A stretch of DNA of 64,000 bases from Prasinococcaceae sp. CCMP 1430 (lineage: Eukaryota > Plantae > Prasinodermophyta), in contig RQSC01000033.1 in the NCBI GenBank assembly GCA_013416795.1, forward strand, positions 92,583 through 156,582, given 5' to 3'. Each line of letters opens with the position of its first letter. Position 1 is the stretch's first letter. Below are positions 63,314-64,000 of this stretch, one piece after another. The notes beneath the pieces are model-generated. The model saw only the letters and a list, made by a program, of their open reading frames with translations. It did not search any database and had not been told where the DNA came from. The position numbers and the translations under genes were made by a program.

Positions 63314-64000
63314 CTAGCCGATGCGCGTCTGCGGCATGTACAGCGGATCTGGCATGGGCACGGACACGAACTCAACCCTGCCGCAGAACAGCGTCAGGCC
63401 GCCGCGCTTGGTGCGACCCACCGCGCCAGCACAGATAATAACGTCGCCTGCATGACCACGCACGCACACGCACCGACAGCCCCGCGCGTCGAGAGGTCTC
63501 GTCAGCACGAACAAGGGCCGCCACCGGTGCCCGCAGGTAGCTGGATGCGCTCTCGCAAGCGCAGGCTGAGGGGAGGCGCGCGCCAACGCCACGCACCTGT
63601 CTTGATGGCACTGCTCACGGCGGTGAAAGGTGCCGCATCGGGATATTTCAAATGCGACGCGCTGAGCAGGACCTGACAGCTTGGCGCCAGTGCGGCCTCG
63701 GCCGCGAGCGTCCTCTCGTTCCTTTCATCTGCGCCATCGGCGGCCTCAACGATGTCTGTGAGCGTGAGGAACGCCAGAAAGCGATTGCGCACACGCACCG
63801 ATGTCACGCGGCCCTTGACGCGCACACTAGGAAGGCTTTCGAGCGCCACGGTGTCTTCAAGCTTGGCCTCAAACACCGGTGCATTCGCAGTGTAAGTAGT
63901 CACGAACTGCAGCACGGCACTGGCGTCCTCAACGTCAAGTGCATCGGCATCATCCACGCCCAAAGCGACCGCCCTCGCGCGGGCCGCCTCGGTGCGGTCG
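63314..64000 (-). CDS. Protein ending in a stand-alone LysRS-type anticodon-binding OB fold; partial (continues beyond window); intron 63596-63448
   Basis: QFVTTY...VRVKGRVTSVR...LAFLTL...AIKT|GDVIICAGAVGRTKRGGLTLF then stop. This parallels the LysRS N-domain (V.GR....R...F..L...GD.I...G..G.TK.GELSI) but no catalytic domain follows. Confidence 0.7.

Overview
Gene-dense, very GC-rich eukaryotic nuclear DNA from a prasinophyte-grade green alga. Evidence: a prasinophyte-type Lhcp antenna gene, TGTAA polyadenylation signals, plastid-targeted enzymes and GT-AG introns with CTGAC branch points. A Prasinoderma-like alga fits, but the species cannot be fixed from this window. About 30 protein-coding genes lie mostly head-to-head or tail-to-tail, with four N-gaps (1028-1127, 6341-6361, 36037-36392, 54523-55140). 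Clear housekeeping genes: NADP-MDH, TMEM216, FCF1, prolyl 4-hydroxylase, COX17, TIM21, BBS1, Lhcp, DCC1-like, plastid ATP synthase delta, CPS large subunit, ELP1, V-ATPase H, COG8 and AlaRS. I found no rRNA, tRNA, CRISPR array or intact transposon. The most notable signals are: (1) an ELF3-like gene with a polyQ prion-like tail whose conserved motif is split by a 1.9-kb intron containing a same-strand, start-less half SNF2 helicase ORF with its own in-frame acceptor; (2) a candidate bicistronic COX17 plus mitochondrial-ORF unit; (3) a TACC-domain protein; (4) SWSAP1-like and SPIDR-like (Shu complex) genes; (5) unusual architectures (GIY-YIG-TPR-methyltransferase, GST-AlaRS, triple BED-like finger, PH-9xPLAT with an in-frame TAG). 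Several orphan or missing exons suggest local misassembly, so junction-dependent claims need long-read or RNA-seq confirmation. All homology calls come from motif recognition by eye, not from database searches.
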